Shown piece by piece: positions 61,881 through 64,000 of a stretch of DNA of 64,000 nt. The position numbers and the translations under genes were made by a program. The first letter of the stretch is position 1; every line of letters starts with the position of its first letter. The stretch spans positions 30,504,001-30,568,000 of the forward strand of contig CM060731.1 of assembly GCA_030704615.1 (NCBI GenBank). Direction: 5' to 3'. The notes under the pieces were generated by a model that did no database searches, was not told where the DNA came from, and saw only the letters and a program-made list of their open reading frames with translations. The stretch is from Takakia lepidozioides (Eukaryota > Plantae > Bryophyta).

Positions 61881-64000
61881 CTGCTCAAACACTTAACCTG
61901 CACTAAGACTCGAGCTGAAACACTCAAACACGGAGGTTTAGGTCATACTCATGCTTACATATGCCCGTAGTAGCTCTAAAGCCATAAAAAACCACTTTAA
62001 TTGGTGCTCCATTCTCCTCGATTCCAAATCTGTTGTACAACCTCCATCAATCTGCCGCCGAAGCTGCCAAGACGCTCATAAACTCATGAAACCATGCATC
62101 CATAATGTCTATGTACATATTAACATGATACCCGAACAGACCTGCAGCGAAGAGTCGAGCTCTGGTAGGGGGCGGGGAAAGGAGAACCCTAACCGCTGCC
62201 TGCTAGGGTTTGGGGGCCGCCAGGGAACTCGAGAACCTTCGGGTAGGGTATTACAAATGTTTACGGGAACACATAACAATAGGTTAGGTTAGGAGAGACC
62301 CTGGTTGATGCCCGGCGAAACCCGGAAACCAGACCAACATTGTCTTGGACCACGCTAATTCCTGGACCACTCTAGAATTAACCGGGCCGAATGAAACTGC
62401 TTTACATATTCTAGGTACCGAGGGATTCATGGAATTCCAGGATAGACTCCATTTTTTTATTTTTTTTGTTTATTTTTTTTGCTTAAGAGGGGACAGAGGC
62501 CCTCAAAATTTTATTTCCTCATTAATTTGTCGTAAGAATTGGACGGAGCAGATGTTAAGTTGGGGAAGGGCCATTCGTCATTCCCAGTGCTCTCCAAATT
62601 TAGGAAGGGACGGTACGAATCATTGATTCAAGCACATGGACCTTCCTTTAGCACCATGACTTCCTCGGAAGGTACCTCTCGACAGCCAATCGCAGACTGC
62701 CAAGTACAGCATGCACCTCCTCACCCGCTCCCTCGTTTTTGGCAATCACCGGCTGACGGTGAAGATTGAAAGGTCAATTGGTAGGGCCAAGGACTCAGCT
62801 CAGTTGAAATTTCGAGGGTCCTCTCGACTTCCTTTCGCTTTTTGTCTATCTGTTTCATTGTTCTCTGTGAACTCCCTGTTGCTCTTGCTTCCTTCGTATA
62901 GGTGTTTGCCCGCCTTCCGACCTTGGTACGGGGTTGTTTTGTTCCCCTTTGAAGCCTTCACCGCCTTCAGTGGTATATTTTCCACCCTTCTTAATTTATT
63001 TGGACAGCTTATTCAGAAAAAAAGATCCATCTATGAGAATATGAGAAAAACCTGTCCCCTGTTTTGATCTTATTAAATATCATCCTCTTCCACGCTTCGA
63101 CATTGTTTCATCCTTGTTTTTCATCACGTATTATTGTACAACCATACTTATTAGGTATGTACTATGATGCCCTTGAAAAATCATACCACCCAGCTGCATG
63201 CCATCCGTTCCAACGTCAGGTCTTCCAATACGGCATATGCACGTGGAACAGAAGATTAACGTGTCATTCACTCTGTGATCCTGACCTGCCCACCGTCCAC
63301 GTACCCTAACAAGCCACCGGGACCACCGGCCCGGCCGCAATTTGAGGATGGATGAAAACATTTCACTGGCTGGCGAAGGTGACTTACGGTTGGTGACCGG
63401 TGTCGCCAGTCGGAACGGATATGGGTTGGTTTAATTATCTTAAATATTTTACGAGCCCATTCCACCGGCGTCGAACCCTCCGCCAGAGCCCAACACTTGG
63501 CATTATGTCAGTGGGAAGAGCTCAGGAGACTGACACGTGGGTGAGAACCAGGGTTAGGTGCGGGACCGCAGGTGGTCGTCGTGCTGTTTAAGAGCTCTCG
63601 CTGCGTTCTGCTGTGTGTATTCCCACCGCACGGCACTCGCAGCGATCCTTCTCCAGTCTAGCTCGTTCAGTGTTCTTTGGTTGTAATTTCGTTGAGATTT
63701 CCAAAGATTATAGTCAGGGTTTGAATGGTCTGATCTCCTTTGGGGGATTTCGGGGTGAAGGGCTGTCTTCTCGGAGCAATGGCGACGATAACAAACCCGG
63801 CGTTGTATGTGGCGGGTTTGAGGGAATCATCAAATGTTGCGATGCACCAGAATGTCGGTAACGCGCGGATGGGTTCAAGAGTTTCATCAGCCTCTTCGTC
63901 TCTCTATTCTTCCGGGAGTTTCAGTAGCAATTCCCAGATGGCACAGAAAAGAAGGAATGCGGCTGTGAGGGCTATTGCTGCACCGGAGGCTCCGGAAGCT

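Larger units (their letters stand above)
28077..62342 (-). mobile_element. hAT DNA transposon (~3.3 kb once nested insertions are removed)
   Basis: TIRs CAGTGTTGGTCTGGT (28077) / ACCAGACCAACATTG (ends 62342) bracket a hAT transposase split by insertions. No clean 8-bp TSD was found. Confidence 0.75.

Noticed and set aside
62343-64000. Short ORFs and coding-like composition at the right end
   Set aside because: No recognisable motif or consistent exon structure.

Overview
Eukaryotic, repeat-rich land-plant DNA. The PLS-class PPR/DYW remnants, spliceosomal introns and transposon types suggest a non-seed plant (inference). There is a 500-N gap at 7250-7749. The only apparently intact host gene is a multi-exon full-size ABCG/PDR transporter on the minus strand (11444-27633), which seems to carry a PDZ-like domain between NBD1 and TMD1. 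The right half is nested transposons. A hAT element (28077-62342) has its transposase split by a ~30 kb CACTA element (31057-61218, TSD TCT). That CACTA carries a decayed TnpD transposase, a TnpA-like gene on the opposite strand and, unusually, a SET-domain ORF, with SET and TnpD bracketed by internal inverted repeats. Inside it lie LINE-derived repeats, MITEs and a second transposase-less CACTA (42227-48801, TSD TTG) packed with PLS-PPR gene fragments. The left end holds a non-autonomous member of the same CACTA family (88-1308, TSD GCT) inserted in a gag-protease remnant, DYW and BAH pseudogene fragments, and two Helitron-like 3' hairpins. All domain calls are by motif recognition only; no searches were run.
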